The notes beneath the pieces were generated by a model. It was not told where the DNA came from and searched no databases. It saw nothing but the letters and a program-made list of their open reading frames with translations. From assembly GCA_965644295.1 (NCBI GenBank), contig CBFFRP010000423.1, positions 310,001-374,000 of the forward strand: a stretch of 64,000 bases of DNA, in the 5' to 3' direction. Source of the stretch: Paraphysomonas bandaiensis. Lineage: Eukaryota; Protista; Chrysophyceae. Shown here in pieces: positions 40,166 to 53,100 of this stretch. Made by a program: the position numbers and the translations under genes. The stretch's first letter is position 1; every line of letters begins with the position of its first letter.

Positions 40166-41111
40166 CTACGTATCCTTTTTGAAGAACTGGTCATCTATAT
40201 ACTTCCACAGCACTGAAAACATGAGACCTTGCATGCCGTTGGCCATAATTTTGGTCTTGAGCCCTCTGCCCATGAGTCCCATTATACCATCCTCTGCAAT
40301 TACTCTCTTGAGAGCCTGAGGGTAAGTGATAGCTTCTTCGTTCGCCTGCTTGTATACTTTTATCACACGAATTGAGTTACTACAGGTATCAGAGACAGCT
40401 GAGGAGCAGAATCCAATGAATGCACTTCGTCCAAGTGTTTTTAGCTTATCGTCATACTTGGGAAGTTTTTCATTGAGGAAGTTATATGTGAAGAACCAGG
40501 GATAGTGACCTACGAATGTCGCCGAGGCCGATGCGAGCGAACCGTACCAGAACACTGAGGGCCCCTTTACCTTAACCTTCGCAAATAGATTCTTGAGTCC
40601 GTCTTTGCCGCCGACCTGCATGCTAGTCTTAAATGTGTCAACAGGCATCAAGAATATACGGAAAAGAGCGGCGGCAGTGGATGCGGCAACGGTCTTAACA
40701 CCCACTGGTAGGTCCTTTGTCAGGTCCATGCTGTCCAACGCCGCAATTGTCCCGGCGTTGGCAGCAGTATCACCAAACCGTGAAAGGGGCCCTTGAACTA
40801 GGGCTGGAACAATTCCTCTGTAGAATCTGGGAATTCCACCCTCTTTGTACAGTGCCTTGAAAGCATCAGTGGTAGATATACCATAACGATACTGATAATT
40901 TATGGTGGTGCGCATCCACATCAAGCTACATACATTAATTGCCATTGCGGCTGCACCTGGTATATATACTTATATTAGTCTATGTAGTCGTAATGTCATA
41001 TTAGAAACCTGCTAATCCACCCTCACCGGCTCTTCGAAGGGCTTTCTTAAGTACGGCTGAAGCATCCAATTGATCATCGGAACTAGCCACTAGCTTGCAA
41101 GTAGGCGCCAT
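40166..41111 (-). CDS. Mitochondrial carrier family protein, 2 exons
   Basis: YKEGGIPRFYRG, MPVDTFKT, AEDGIMGLMGRG. First exon MAPTCK...GGLAG. Confidence 0.9.
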
Positions 41112-41598
41112 ATTAATTGATTTGTAGAGAAGATGTCTAACTCAAAGCGTATAAGGCAGACTTTCTGGAGGGATATATTCGACATTCCCCACCTTCAAAG
41201 TGTAGATAGATACACATCAAGATCAAGATCTCCACAGCACACATGGCTGCGGGTCGATCTGCTCCTCCTGATGTCGAAAATAAAGGTGATGTAACCCGTA
41301 TAACGTGCACAGTGTAATCCGTGTAGTGCGTTACATTCTGCTCGTCATATCGTAGTGGGTTGTGGAGATGGCTGGGAGGAATTTACATTTCCAGAAACTT
41401 TCACACTTGTGATAGGCTCTCTTCAATACACAATACTCCAGCGTGATTTTGTATTGTGTGCCGTAGATCCGATTTGAATAAGTTGACGGAGAATCCATCC
41501 GATGGTCGCGTGCTGTTGCATTATACTGCGGCGATTTCACATAAGTATAGATCAATTGCTCTCAATGTGAACAATTGCACAATTGTGCTGAGCGCATT

Positions 41599-42264
41599 AT
41601 GCCAAGAAAACCGAAAAATTCGAATTCCAAGAAAGCAAGCGAAAACCCTAAAAGACTTACTCATGAGACAACTCCTGTGTTGGATTTTATTCAAGATGAG
41701 CCAGATATTAATGCTGAATATATTGAGAAAGAGCCCGATGTAATACGGTATGATGATTACAAAGATGATATTGAGGTCGGAGTTGTGTATAACAATATCG
41801 ACTCTCGGATGCTAGAGCTAAGTGATCATGAGGGCTTTATGCTAAAACGTGTTGCTGTTGGCCTTGCGGCAATACTTAGTTGTCTTCTAGGTATTTTTCT
41901 TGTATTACTTGGGCGAGCTGAAACAGATGTTTTCCAAAGTCAACCTAAAATAATTGCATTAGAAGTTTTCGGTTACTTGCTGTGCATTCCATTCATTGTC
42001 TGGTTTGTATTTGCAGTATGTCCCTCAAAACAAGAGTATCTCCTTCGCCGGAGGATGCAGATTAAGCGTCGAAATAGGCTTCAGCCATATGAAACTAAAC
42101 AAATTACACAAGTAGGTGAAACTGCTCAGCAACGCGAGGCTAGAATATTGGCCGAGAAGCGACAGGCATATCTTGATGAGGAAGCAAGAATACAAAAGAT
42201 GAAATCAAATAAAGCCAGAGGCATATCCAATGGTAGAGAAGTGGATAGATTTTTCGTGAATTAA
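41599..42264 (+). CDS. Two-TM membrane protein, unknown function
   Basis: ATG at 41599, two hydrophobic helices and a charged coiled-coil C-terminus. Confidence 0.7.
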   Translation: MPRKPKNSNSKKASENPKRLTHETTPVLDFIQDEPDINAEYIEKEPDVIRYDDYKDDIEVGVVYNNIDSRMLELSDHEGFMLKRVAVGLAAILSCLLGIFLVLLGRAETDVFQSQPKIIALEVFGYLLCIPFIVWFVFAVCPSKQEYLLRRRMQIKRRNRLQPYETKQITQVGETAQQREARILAEKRQAYLDEEARIQKMKSNKARGISNGREVDRFFVN

Positions 42265-43659
42265 ATGAAATATTGCTTGTTGTGTCTGTTAATATTATGG
42301 ATGTTAGAGCTGGCTATACGTTGGTGGCGTGAGTTGTACAACCTTACCTGTGTTGTACAATTGTGTTTTCTCTCAGCCAAGAGCAGTGTGTATTTTCTAA
42401 TAATACTATGTGTGAGAGTATAGAATGTCGCTAGTTTGGCTTGCTCACTTATCACTTACAAATGTGAGGATATTGTGTATGACTTAATGGACGGATAACT
42501 GTCTTAGAGATATATGTCTATTGTCTATAAACCTGATGTTAACGTGGAGATTATTATCTGTCTATTTGACTACTGTTTCACATACTTCCGCCACCTAAAG
42601 TTGCAGTTGTAGGCCTTAGTGATAGAACAATGTGTATATCGTACGAGCAATAGAATGCACTACACTACCTATGATCCAGTAGATAATCAAATAGTGTAGA
42701 GAACCGTTGCGGAAATATATAGGTGAACAAAATTTGCAACCTCACTATGAATGTGGTTTGTTGGATTCTTCAAACAGCTGCAGAAGTGATATGCTCAATT
42801 AAGGGCACCTTTTACATCTGCCGCAAGCCTGCAACAATGCAATGAATAACAAATGAAATTGATTACCTATATTAGTTAGCGATAGGATCGAAATCAGAAT
42901 TTAAAATATCAAAACTACTATAGTAATATAAGGAAAAAGATAAGAGGCGATATTCTCAGGTGTTTGGTTACTAGTTTCTCTCGTTCCGCTTGGCTAGATT
43001 CTGTTGTTGTGCACAACAACACAGCATCAACACGACGATATAGATAGTACGTAGCATCCAAGCGACCACAAATTTCAATAACAACACTGAGGAGCTGGAA
43101 TACGAACTAAATAATGGGGAGTAATAAACATGTATTTACATATCTAAAAGTATGCAGTGATGCAAAAGCAGCAGGTAGAAGATTGAATGGAATGCTCCAA
43201 TCACACAACTGCATTGACGGAAGGCAGAAATACAGTATTTAACCAATCAATTAATCGAAAAAATGATACAAGAACTATGATTCGTAGATATTTCCTCACG
43301 GTAACAAATCAAATAGAAATATGTGTGCAGAAGTTGCTCCATACACCAACACCAGGATAGTCGTACGTATCGGCATCCTTTGTATATTTTTGTTCAAAGA
43401 TGCCTCTAATACTGAGACAACAATTATATGTATTCTAGCCGTAGTTGTATTACAGTAATATGGAAGATTTATGATTCAATTTGTTTCCGAAAAATAAGAT
43501 GCTGACTGCCGATACGTACGATAGTATGACTGGAATACGGGGGAATCTTGCTATATTATGGTCATAGTTTAAGCGCACTTATAGAAGCACCAATAGTCTA
43601 CTATACTACATACCGCTGATATACTAGGGGACGGCGTGACGAATATATCTGTGTGGGGA

Positions 43660-46651
43660 ATGAGTGAGAATCCATCAGATTCAACAGATAGCACGAGGAA
43701 GAGTGATAAGAACACTGAAAATAGTGAAGCTAAAAATAAGCGGAGACAGTCTCGTTACTCCAGAAACAAAAACCATAAATTGAAGACAGAGAAGAGAAAT
43801 GACCCTCATAGTAGACAAAATCGTAAGAAATTAAACCCCAAAGCTGCAAGTTGGCAACCAAAAAATATAGAGACGAGTCCCTCTGTCGGCTATACTTGCA
43901 TCATATGTGCGGACACGACAAAGTATGTTGCAGTGGGTCAATGTGATCACCTCGTTTGTTCAGTATGTGCAATTCGGATGCGATTGAAGAATTCTGAAAT
44001 GAATTGTGCAGTATGTAAGAGCCATTTAGAGCATATGGTTGTCTACGAACAGTCATGTGATGATGATCTTCGGCATTTTGCTTCCTTTGGCCTGATCTAT
44101 GATGAACCTACTCCAGGGGTACAAGTGGAACATAGATCAAGAATGTTGTTCCATGACTGTCGTTCCCATTTTACTCAGATTCAGAATCTGATATCGTTGT
44201 CATGTCCAAAGTGCGGCGAGCGACACGGTACCGAAAAAGCTTTGTTCAAACATGTGTCCACAGTTCACCACCTGCAGTTTTGTGAGTTATGTTTTGTGCA
44301 TCGACCGCTCTTTCCCAAGGAGCAAAGGCTTATGACAGCAGCTGAGATTAAGGCTCACGTCTCTGCCCCACCTGGTGCTTTGGTAGATAGTTCAGGGGAC
44401 AAGACAGGCGGACATCCATTGTGCAGATTCTGTGGATCTCGACATTATGATGCCCAAGCATTGTATGTGCACATGCGTGACCAACACTTAACTTGTCATC
44501 TGTGTCCAGCACGCCTTCAACAGCGTTTTTATAGAGGTTTACCAGAGCTTACTAAACATCTCAATATCTCTCACTATGTTTGCTCCATCTGCATGAATCC
44601 TCGCAGGCCAGTGGGTGACGTTGTCGCATTTTCTCGTCGTGCGGAGTATACGGAACACATGCGATGTTCGCACGGGATAATCTCAGCGAGCTCCACAGGG
44701 GGGCGAGACGGAGCGCTCTCCGAGGCTCTAACAGCGGCGTTTTCGTCTTCCCGACCTCGTTCTGGAGGTGAACAAGATGTTGAATACTTGGACCTAAATA
44801 TGGCATCGGCAGACCCTTATTTACCACAGAATACACAGACTGGGGGGCAACTGGAGGAGAGGGTGGTGGAGAATGCGCATAGGTTTATAGAATCAGAGCG
44901 AAGCTTAGTCCGGGATGAAGGCCATAGAGGGAGAGGAGGTAGGACACATAGTGCTAGGAGAGAAACATCATCTTCTACTCCATCGGCTGCACGTAGGACC
45001 ACCCCCTCTACTTCCTCCTCTGACTTTCCTGCCCTATCCTCAAGCCAACCTTCGAACAGTTCTACCGGTAGCGCTGGAAACAGCACTACTTCCCCTCATC
45101 CACTGTCTCTAGTGCCCACTCTTGTTCACCGTGGCAGAGAAGCTAAAGAGAGACAGAAAACTGAAGAGGCCGCTAAGGCGAGGGAAAGGGAGCTTGCTGT
45201 TCGAAGAGGTCAGAGAAATCTGGTAAGTTGGATTATTGTGTATTATGAGTTATTCGCTACCACCATTCTCATTACCTATGCATCTTTTAAAGCAGTGGTA
45301 TAATGTGTCATTACTTGTGCAGGCTTTAGCAGCAGCACTTGGTTTAGATACAATGGCGCTTTCAGATGTTGTTCGGGTTTCAGGGGGCTCACACAACGAA
45401 TTAGACGCCAGTGTGCTGCGTGTTCTTGCATCTCATCCCCTGTTCGCTTCCGTGTCAATGAAGGAGGTGGCGAAATCATCTGGGGGTGGAGGGGTTACAC
45501 TAAGACGCCCACTCTTTCCTGTTGACTTGGTTGAATGGGGCCGAGAGCATAAGTCAGATCTTCTTAAGACAGAGAAACGTATATATGATATGATTGCTGA
45601 CGCCCCTGTACAGAGCTGTCAGCTAAAGCCTATGAGAAGTTGGTCACGAAATTGTGTACAAATGTTGGCTAAGTATTACTATTTAAATGCCACCGAATTC
45701 AACCAGCATGAAAAGCGATATGTATCTTTGGTAAAAACAGCTGATAGTGCAATACCTGCCACCATTTTGTCTGCCGCTGCTTCAGGCCCTCCTTTGCAGC
45801 ATCCAATTGAGTACAAAGTACTTGACAGTGTAGCCGAGAATGTCGCTGATGGGTTAGTGTTTCCTTTTGTGTATTTCTTAGTTACGACTGGAGGGGTAGG
45901 ATCGACGCTTGGAGACTTCTTAAAGGACGTTAAGGTGTGTGTAGATGGGTCGTTCTTGTATATCACTGGGGCTGCTGGGGAGGATGATCGAATCATACAT
46001 ATTGAGTGTATTGGTTACGCTTTAGTAAAGGTGGCCCTGTCCTCATTAGCGGCAGCGAAGCGGCTGTTCCGATGTGTCACGAATTCATCCGAGCTCGCCT
46101 CCAAATTTCTCATTCGGGCACATTTCTTGCAGGAGGACGATGAGGAAATCTCACAACAAGAAAATTATGGCAATTACGGACGAGTAGACGAAAATGTAGT
46201 AGGAGAGCTTCCACCACCACCTGGCATGACTTCAAACGCATTGACTCAGGACACCGTGATACCTAATCCTGCTGGAGAATGTAGTGAACAAGGAGAAGAT
46301 GAATGGGATCAGTATCCGCCAGAGTATATGGAGCACATGGGAAGGGCTAGAGATAAATGGGATATTGCATTTCAGACAGCTGTTGGAGCTGTAGCTGATG
46401 CGGGTGTAAGACGGGTAAATATCAACCAGCGCACTGAAACAACTGACTCCACTTCATCTCCTCACGCGAGACGTGGCGTGGTGACTGAAGGCAAGCCACT
46501 TCCGGCTTCCTTAGTTAAAAACACTTCTTCAGCACATGCAGAAATGAAGCACTCTCGTGTCTCATTCCAGAATGCGGAGCAGAAAAGGCGTGAAGTGAAT
46601 AAGTTTATAGCTTTAGGTTTTGATGACGATTCTTCTGGTGAAGATACCTAG
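43660..46651 (+). CDS. ZNF598/Hel2-like RING plus C2H2 E3 ligase with an R3H-like domain, 2 exons
   Basis: RING CIIC..CDHLVCSVC..CAVC, tandem C2H2 fingers including GHPLCRFC, PAM2-like KLNPKAASWQP, DFPALS motif. Intron about 45223-45322. R3H-like LKPMRSWSRNCVQMLAKYYYL. Confidence 0.82.
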
Positions 46652-47070
46652 GTTTTGTTGCAGTTGTGGTTACTACTAACCGCAATGAATTATGATCCAC
46701 ATATTCGTTATGTACCTGTTTTTACATTATCACATGTGTTAATTGGCAGGTCATATAGGTTTCGGGTGATATCACGTAGTTCTTGAAAGAAAACTCGTAG
46801 TCTCGTAAGCCAGGTAGATACAGGCGGCTACTCAATTAAAAATAACGGGGTTGTTATACTACTTTTCTTTCTTGATATTTTGTCAAACTAATGTCAGTCA
46901 GAACTTCATTTTGAACACCTGGTAGATATCTGCTACAATGCTGTATTATACACGAATATTCTATACTATGTAAAATAAAAGGCTCATGTATAGTAACGTA
47001 TGAATGTAGCTACAAAACAAGACTACAATCTATACCAATATGACTGTATAAAACTGAAATTCAAGAAACC

Positions 47071-47558
47071 CTAGTCGTAGTGAATGTCTTATTAGCAATA
47101 GGCGTTTAAGAGTCTATGATTAACTCTGATATCCTACTATTTAACGCTACGAAAGCTGCTTGCGTGTCACTGCAAGCACCAAGATGCAACCACTTTCGCT
47201 CTTCAGAGCAAGCAGAATATTGATATGCCTGACATCTTCTGACTTCAGGAATTTTGAGTTAATAAGAAGATAAACAGCCCGGACGCTTGACTTCAGCAGG
47301 CAGCCCAATACCCCGCATGTCCTTTGAGGTGGGCCCATTCCCGGATGCCTGTTTATTCGTCAGGGCCCAAGGACGTTTACACAAGTGCCACTAAGTAGTG
47401 TCCCTTGTACCACACAAGCATTAGGCTATGAGTGGGCAGAAAATTATCGGCTGACTATAATTGCTGCTCAAGTTATATAGTTTCCCGGAGAAATATCTCA
47501 GGTACTTATTCCCCATAACACCATGAAACGGTGTGAGTCCGACTTTATTGAGAGGGGG
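47071..47558 (-). mobile_element. Short non-coding retroelement, near full-length copy
   Basis: Reverse-complement homolog of 58716-59204 (5' part) and 47841-48215 (3' part). Ends GACATTCACTACGACTAG. Confidence 0.85.
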
Positions 47559-47840
47559 TAGCAATATATCTCCAACGTCCAGATGAAATATACGGAGGGT
47601 GTATCAGTACATATTGTAGGTGCTTTATATGTCTCTGGCAGGTATAAACAAAACTCGTCAACTACAGCGTTCAAAGTAACATATGGTATAGAGAGATTAT
47701 AAACAAATGTTAAATATCACAACAAATTCTCGGATTACATGAGCTAATTGTGTTTAGCCATATCTTGTTGTATCTTGTGGTGTCATCCCCATTTTATAAT
47801 TTTTCTTTTGAACTGTAGTAAGTTCAATATATAACCACCC

Positions 47841-48215
47841 CATAGCCTAATGCTTGTGTGGTACAAGGGACACTAATTAGTGGCACTTGTGTAAACGTCC
47901 TTGGGCCCTGACGAATAAACAGGCATCCGGGAATGGGCCCACCTCAAAGGACATGCGGGGTATTGGGCTGCCTGCTGAAGTCAAGCGTCCGGGCTGTTTA
48001 TCTTATTAACTCAAAATTCCTGAAGTCAGAAGATGTCAGGTATATCAATATTCTGCTTGCTCGCTACGTTTGCTTTGAGTGATAGAGCGAAAGTGGTTGC
48101 ATCTTGGTGCTTGCAGTGACACGCAAGCAGCTTTCGTAGCGTTAAATAGTAGGATATCAGAGTTAATCATAGACTCTTAAACGCCTATTGCTAATAATAA
48201 GACATTCACTACTAT
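47841..48215 (+). mobile_element. Short non-coding retroelement, 5'-truncated copy
   Basis: Near-identical inverted copy of about 47078-47430. Ends AATAATAAGACATTCACTACTA. Confidence 0.85.
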
Positions 48216-48444
48216 ATGGTGCTATCGTGCTATCACCATCGCTAAAACTCAAGTTATGGGTAAGGGTAATGTGTATTCTCCCTCGTTTAGAATTTAGAAT
48301 AGTACACTTATACGCACAATAAAACCTATACAACTACCCAAAAAAACTCGTACACCTCGAGTGAATATTCAAATTCTACTTTTGAGTTTAAGGTGGTTCT
48401 AGGAATAAAAGCTTTAAGGTTGAAGCTTTGGACTATCTAAGAGA

Positions 48445-49952
48445 AATTCTCTGCCCTACGATGGCAAATACAGTCCAACATAAAGTTTCACTCTATTAAC
48501 CAGCTCCAAGCCCAATGTCTCTATTGAGACTGTGGCTGAGTCACATCAGTGTGCCCAGGGCCTTTTACACTCCCTTACTGCTGCATTTTGTTGACCACCA
48601 CGCTTCCGACAAATTACCTGTCACACCATGTTGTACACGCTCCAAGCCCCCCTGCCTGGCCTTGCAACCTTCACCCTACTCAACTACTTCAGTTAAACCA
48701 CGTGCCTGCACCAATGCAGCGCTGACCGCACCTACGTGCTATCCCCTCAGCAGACAACTTCGTCTCACCCATCGCTTTCTACGGCTACAACCTCTCAGAA
48801 CATGGCTCGTGCGAGCAGGCTCACGAAAACGACCCCCATGGACCCCCTATGCAATCACTGAATACTCTCGATCCCTCTCAACTGTGCAACAGGGCTGCCT
48901 TCTGCCGCCCACTCAGCCCAACCCAACATGGTTTGTCTGTGGTCCATCCACCCAGCAGGCTACCCCCTCACCCTGTTCACCTATCACCCCCACAGCCCAT
49001 CCATCTCATTGGATAGACACTGTATTCCGCATACGGTTTACTCGACTACTGTACTACTGTGTCCTACAGGATGTATACCATTCCGTGTATACCTCTACTG
49101 CTGTTGGACACATCACCATGTCCATGTACCTGTATACCTGTACTGTTGGACACATCACCATGTCCATGTACCTGTATACCGGTACTGTTGGACACATCAC
49201 CAGCTCTCTCTCTCTGTCCAACACACTCATAACACCACTGCAGTGTCATACACACACACAGTACACTCTACCTCCTCCTAGAAAACCCCCGGACAAACTA
49301 TCGCCTCTCCCTTACTGGGCGTACTGGTCCACCCACCATTCCTCCTTCCTTCCACAAACTCAATTCCTTCCATCTTATGATGTGTTTTGCTCCAACGATC
49401 ACTTCTTCCTGGACACCAAATACCCGGTGGAGTTGGAACTACACGCGCTACTCGAGAGAATTCCTGACCTTGTCATCATGCGTCTCCAAAATGTGTTGCA
49501 ATGTCATTCCAAGGGAATGCAAGGAGTCCACCGTGCCAGGTCTATCAACCATCCCTCCCACGCCCTTCAGGGGAAGGAATTCTCCTCCGATAACAGCGGT
49601 GACGGACCCAGCAAATCGGACCTAGGTGCACTCAGGACCCTAATTCAGAATGCTGAGCCCCCTCCAAAACCAATGGAGACCCATCCCAAAGGGAGACCCC
49701 CAGATCAAAAGCGCCGGTGAGTCCACGGACACACGATAAAGGCGAATTTCATATCACACAAAAAGAACGGAAGTGGTTGCACCTTGGTGCTTGCGGCGAC
49801 GCACAAGCAGCTTTCGTAGCGTTAAATAGTAGGATAAAAGAGTTTGTATTGATTAGTTACGGGTAGTGGTCTAACTAGTATGACTAGCATTCTTCTAGCC
49901 ACTAATTGATGCAAGGTCTCAACGCCTATTGCTAAATAATCAGACATTCACT
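48445..49952 (+). mobile_element. 5'-truncated non-LTR retrotransposon with 13-bp TSD
   Basis: TSD ACTATCTAAGAGA at 48432-48444 and 49953-49965. Degenerate ORF ending GRPPDQKRR* at 49720. Shared 3' UTR with a short CTA tail. Confidence 0.85.
49101..49202 (+). repeat. 42-bp minisatellite (about 2.4 copies) inside the retroelement
   Basis: CTGTTGGACACATCACCATGTCCATGTACCTGTATACC(t/g)GTA is repeated. Confidence 0.9.
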
Positions 49953-50184
49953 ACTATCTAAGAGATATATAATAGCTGAAATTTCATTCTAGCTTCATGA
50001 AATAGGCAGTTAACAGTTGACAGTAGTCATTTTCTATATAGTAACGCAAAATTTCAGTGACATGCATTTGTCCAGCAGGTAGCTGACACAATATCCTCTA
50101 TTTCATTATTCTGTTGACTACAAATAATACACTATGAAAGTCAATACTGTAGAGAAAAGCATACAGAACTACCACTGCAACATA

Positions 50185-53100
50185 TTACTTCCAAGTTGGG
50201 CGCCTTTCATTCGGAACACCTTTGAACGGCTGCGGAGGTGGGACAGGAACGTTTGATAGAGGTTTTAAGTTAGGGGTATGTGGCACAGTGGCGGGGGGTG
50301 CGGGAAAACTGGGTGGAGGACGAAAGAGTGGTGGTGGTGCTATATATGTGCTAGGAAAACGGTCGTGGCATACTTTTTGCGCTTTGAGTTCACCTCCTGG
50401 GCCGTAACTAACCGACGAGCTCATTGCCCGTTTCGTACCCGACAAATTAGTGGGCGGAGGACCAGGAGGAAGTGGAGGAACAGCCGGAGACGGAGGTGCT
50501 GAAAGACCAGGACAAACACCGGAAAATTTCGTGTCTGAGGGTATCATCAAGTCTACACCCACACATGACGTGACAGCAAGATTGATCATCCAATCAAGCA
50601 GCATGTGAGATATTTTAACACGGCGTGTTCTGACATGGGGACACAAGGACTTGAACCAGTGGGAAAAACTACTATCCCCAAGAGGTATACACTGGGAGGG
50701 ACTCTCAGTAGTTAAAGCAAGCGGGCTATGAGAGTTGGTCATGTTGGAGCTGTAAATACGCACCCCACGCTCAAGCAGAACAATAAGATGCCGTAGCGTC
50801 CCCAAAACTAGAGTATGAACCATATCAGATTCTAGCGGCTCTGAAGAATGAGAGGTAACTACATCCGTGAACTTTTTGTAGGAAGAAAGATACGACCTCA
50901 AATAACGAGACATTATTTTTTTCGGATCACCATATGTATTAGCTCGAAGCAGCCGCGAAAGTAGTGAGAACGTAATAGTTCCCGATTCAGCTAAGGTTAA
51001 TACAACATATACGAAGGACCGAAGTCCACAGACTGCTGCCCCTAGAAGTTTACGGTGGCATAAACACTTACATATTACATCAGCTTGGACGTCTGATGTC
51101 TGTAAGCATAGGTTTTGAGCCTCCAGTAAAAGTTGGGAGGAGTTCTCAATATGCAACCATAGTTGTTGTGAGATAGTCATTAAGAGTTCGTCTCGCTTAC
51201 TTGAAAGCTCGCTGACTATAGTGTCGTAGTAAATTGAAGGCAGCCTGACAGACATCGCAAATAACTGTCCGGCTACATAGGGGTTACTGGAGTACTGAAT
51301 GAGAAGTCCTGGAACTAAAGAACTTACCACTTTGGCACCATAGGTTAAGATACTAGTCATCTCACTCGCGTGCATGTCACTAAAATCATTTCCACTACTA
51401 TCAGATCTAGAGCAATACAATAAACAGTCCAAAATTTGCTCCGTACATTGCAGAGCTATAATTACAAGCCCCTCTGGCTGACTTTTTCCAAGAATCCCAA
51501 CCATAACATCAACAACGCCACACACTATTAGCGCCAAAGTGATACGGCTAGAACCCATGGAGTCCCTAAGAAACACCAGAACTCGACAGAGAGTAATGTC
51601 ACCACAATATTCCTCCCTGGAATTAGAAGTGCTCTCGCATTGCTCCAACAACGTACAACTTTTTATCAACGACAACACACACTTGCTAAATGAAACAGTC
51701 ACTTCCTTGCCAACGTCACAACATAAATGATAAAGCCTCAGGGCAATATCAAAGCATTTTCTAGATTGGGATATAAGCAAACGCTTGATAAGAATATAAA
51801 AATCCGAAAAAGTATAATCTTGGCTTGATAACCAGACTTTAATCTCACCCCATTTTTCCTCCCTAGTTTTCCCCTCATACGTTTCACGCGATGACTCAAA
51901 TACTGGTGTTACATCCACAAAATTGTGACTGTATAAGCCACAGTCTAATATCATCAATTTTTCACACATACTACAAAAAAGAGTAGCACATGACCCTCGA
52001 GTAAATTGATCTACGAGTGCGAGTTGGGTAATATAGGGTAGGATGTCCTGAGCTGGACTTTCACACCACCCGATCAGACAATCGAATATACTCGAACACA
52101 GAGCCATACACATTTCAACATTATGAGAGATTCGACTCACTGGTGCCCCTCCTGAGGAAAGAAGGGTACTCAAGAGGGCGTGTGTACCGATACACATATC
52201 ACTGATGGAGTGCATGGAGTAAGCCTTACATCCCCGTCGCATCAATGTCTCAATTTCCCACTTGACCTCTTTAAGAATTAGACAAAGTAGTTGCACACAC
52301 GACGATATTATTACTAACTTGCCACCCACTTTACCATTGACACTGCCATTACTTATCTTCATTGGTTTCAGGTATTGCAACACACCACTATTGTGAGCAC
52401 AAGAGACACAATCGTCGCGATATATTTCATAGGATAGTCCTCCGCATAGCCGAGCAACGGTTTCCAATAATGCAGGTAGCATATTTACTTTGAGAGGCCA
52501 ATATCCTCTCTCTTTACACAGCCCAGCATTCAGGATAGCTACAAAACTACTTGTAAGTGTGGAAACACTAATTTCACCACGGATACAGCGAAGAGTGGAT
52601 AAAACTTCTTCCTGGTGCTTGAGCTGAGACGTGAAGCTGTTATTCATTGAGGTTTTTAGATTTCCAGCATATGGGCTACAAGGACTAAATTTCCTTAAGA
52701 ATAACTGCATAAGTTCCACAGTATTACGTCTTATGAAGAAACTATTCGAGCACAAAAGACGACAAAAGAGCTTTGAAACGAAATCAACCTGCCATGACTC
52801 CGTGCTATCGACCTCTGCAATAAGCGCATTGACAACTTGCGTACTCGAGAATGCCAGAGCAACCCCAGCTAGATCTGCACCTGAATCCGATACCATTCTC
52901 CAAAGTGTGCACATGACTTCCGAACTATCATTAATACTGGTGCTGCTTCGCAACCTGTTAACCCAAGCAACTGTTGCTCCCGCTGTTCCGATGCCCCATA
53001 ATACTGTGATAACATCGCGGCATACATCGCTAAGTATAGATTCGCAATTGCATGTGCTTCCTCCTCCAGTTGCTACGTGATCAACGCTCACGATAGGCGG

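Noticed and set aside
47895-47945. Hammerhead ribozyme suggested by CTGACGA in the short retroelement
   Set aside because: No correctly placed stem II and GAAA core could be built.
49101-49202. CRISPR-like array
   Set aside because: Contiguous tandem units with no unique spacers, in a eukaryotic context with no cas genes.
48515-49720. 401-aa ORF as a functional host gene
   Set aside because: It lies inside a TSD-bounded truncated retroelement, includes a minisatellite and low-complexity sequence, and only its C-terminus looks like real coding sequence.
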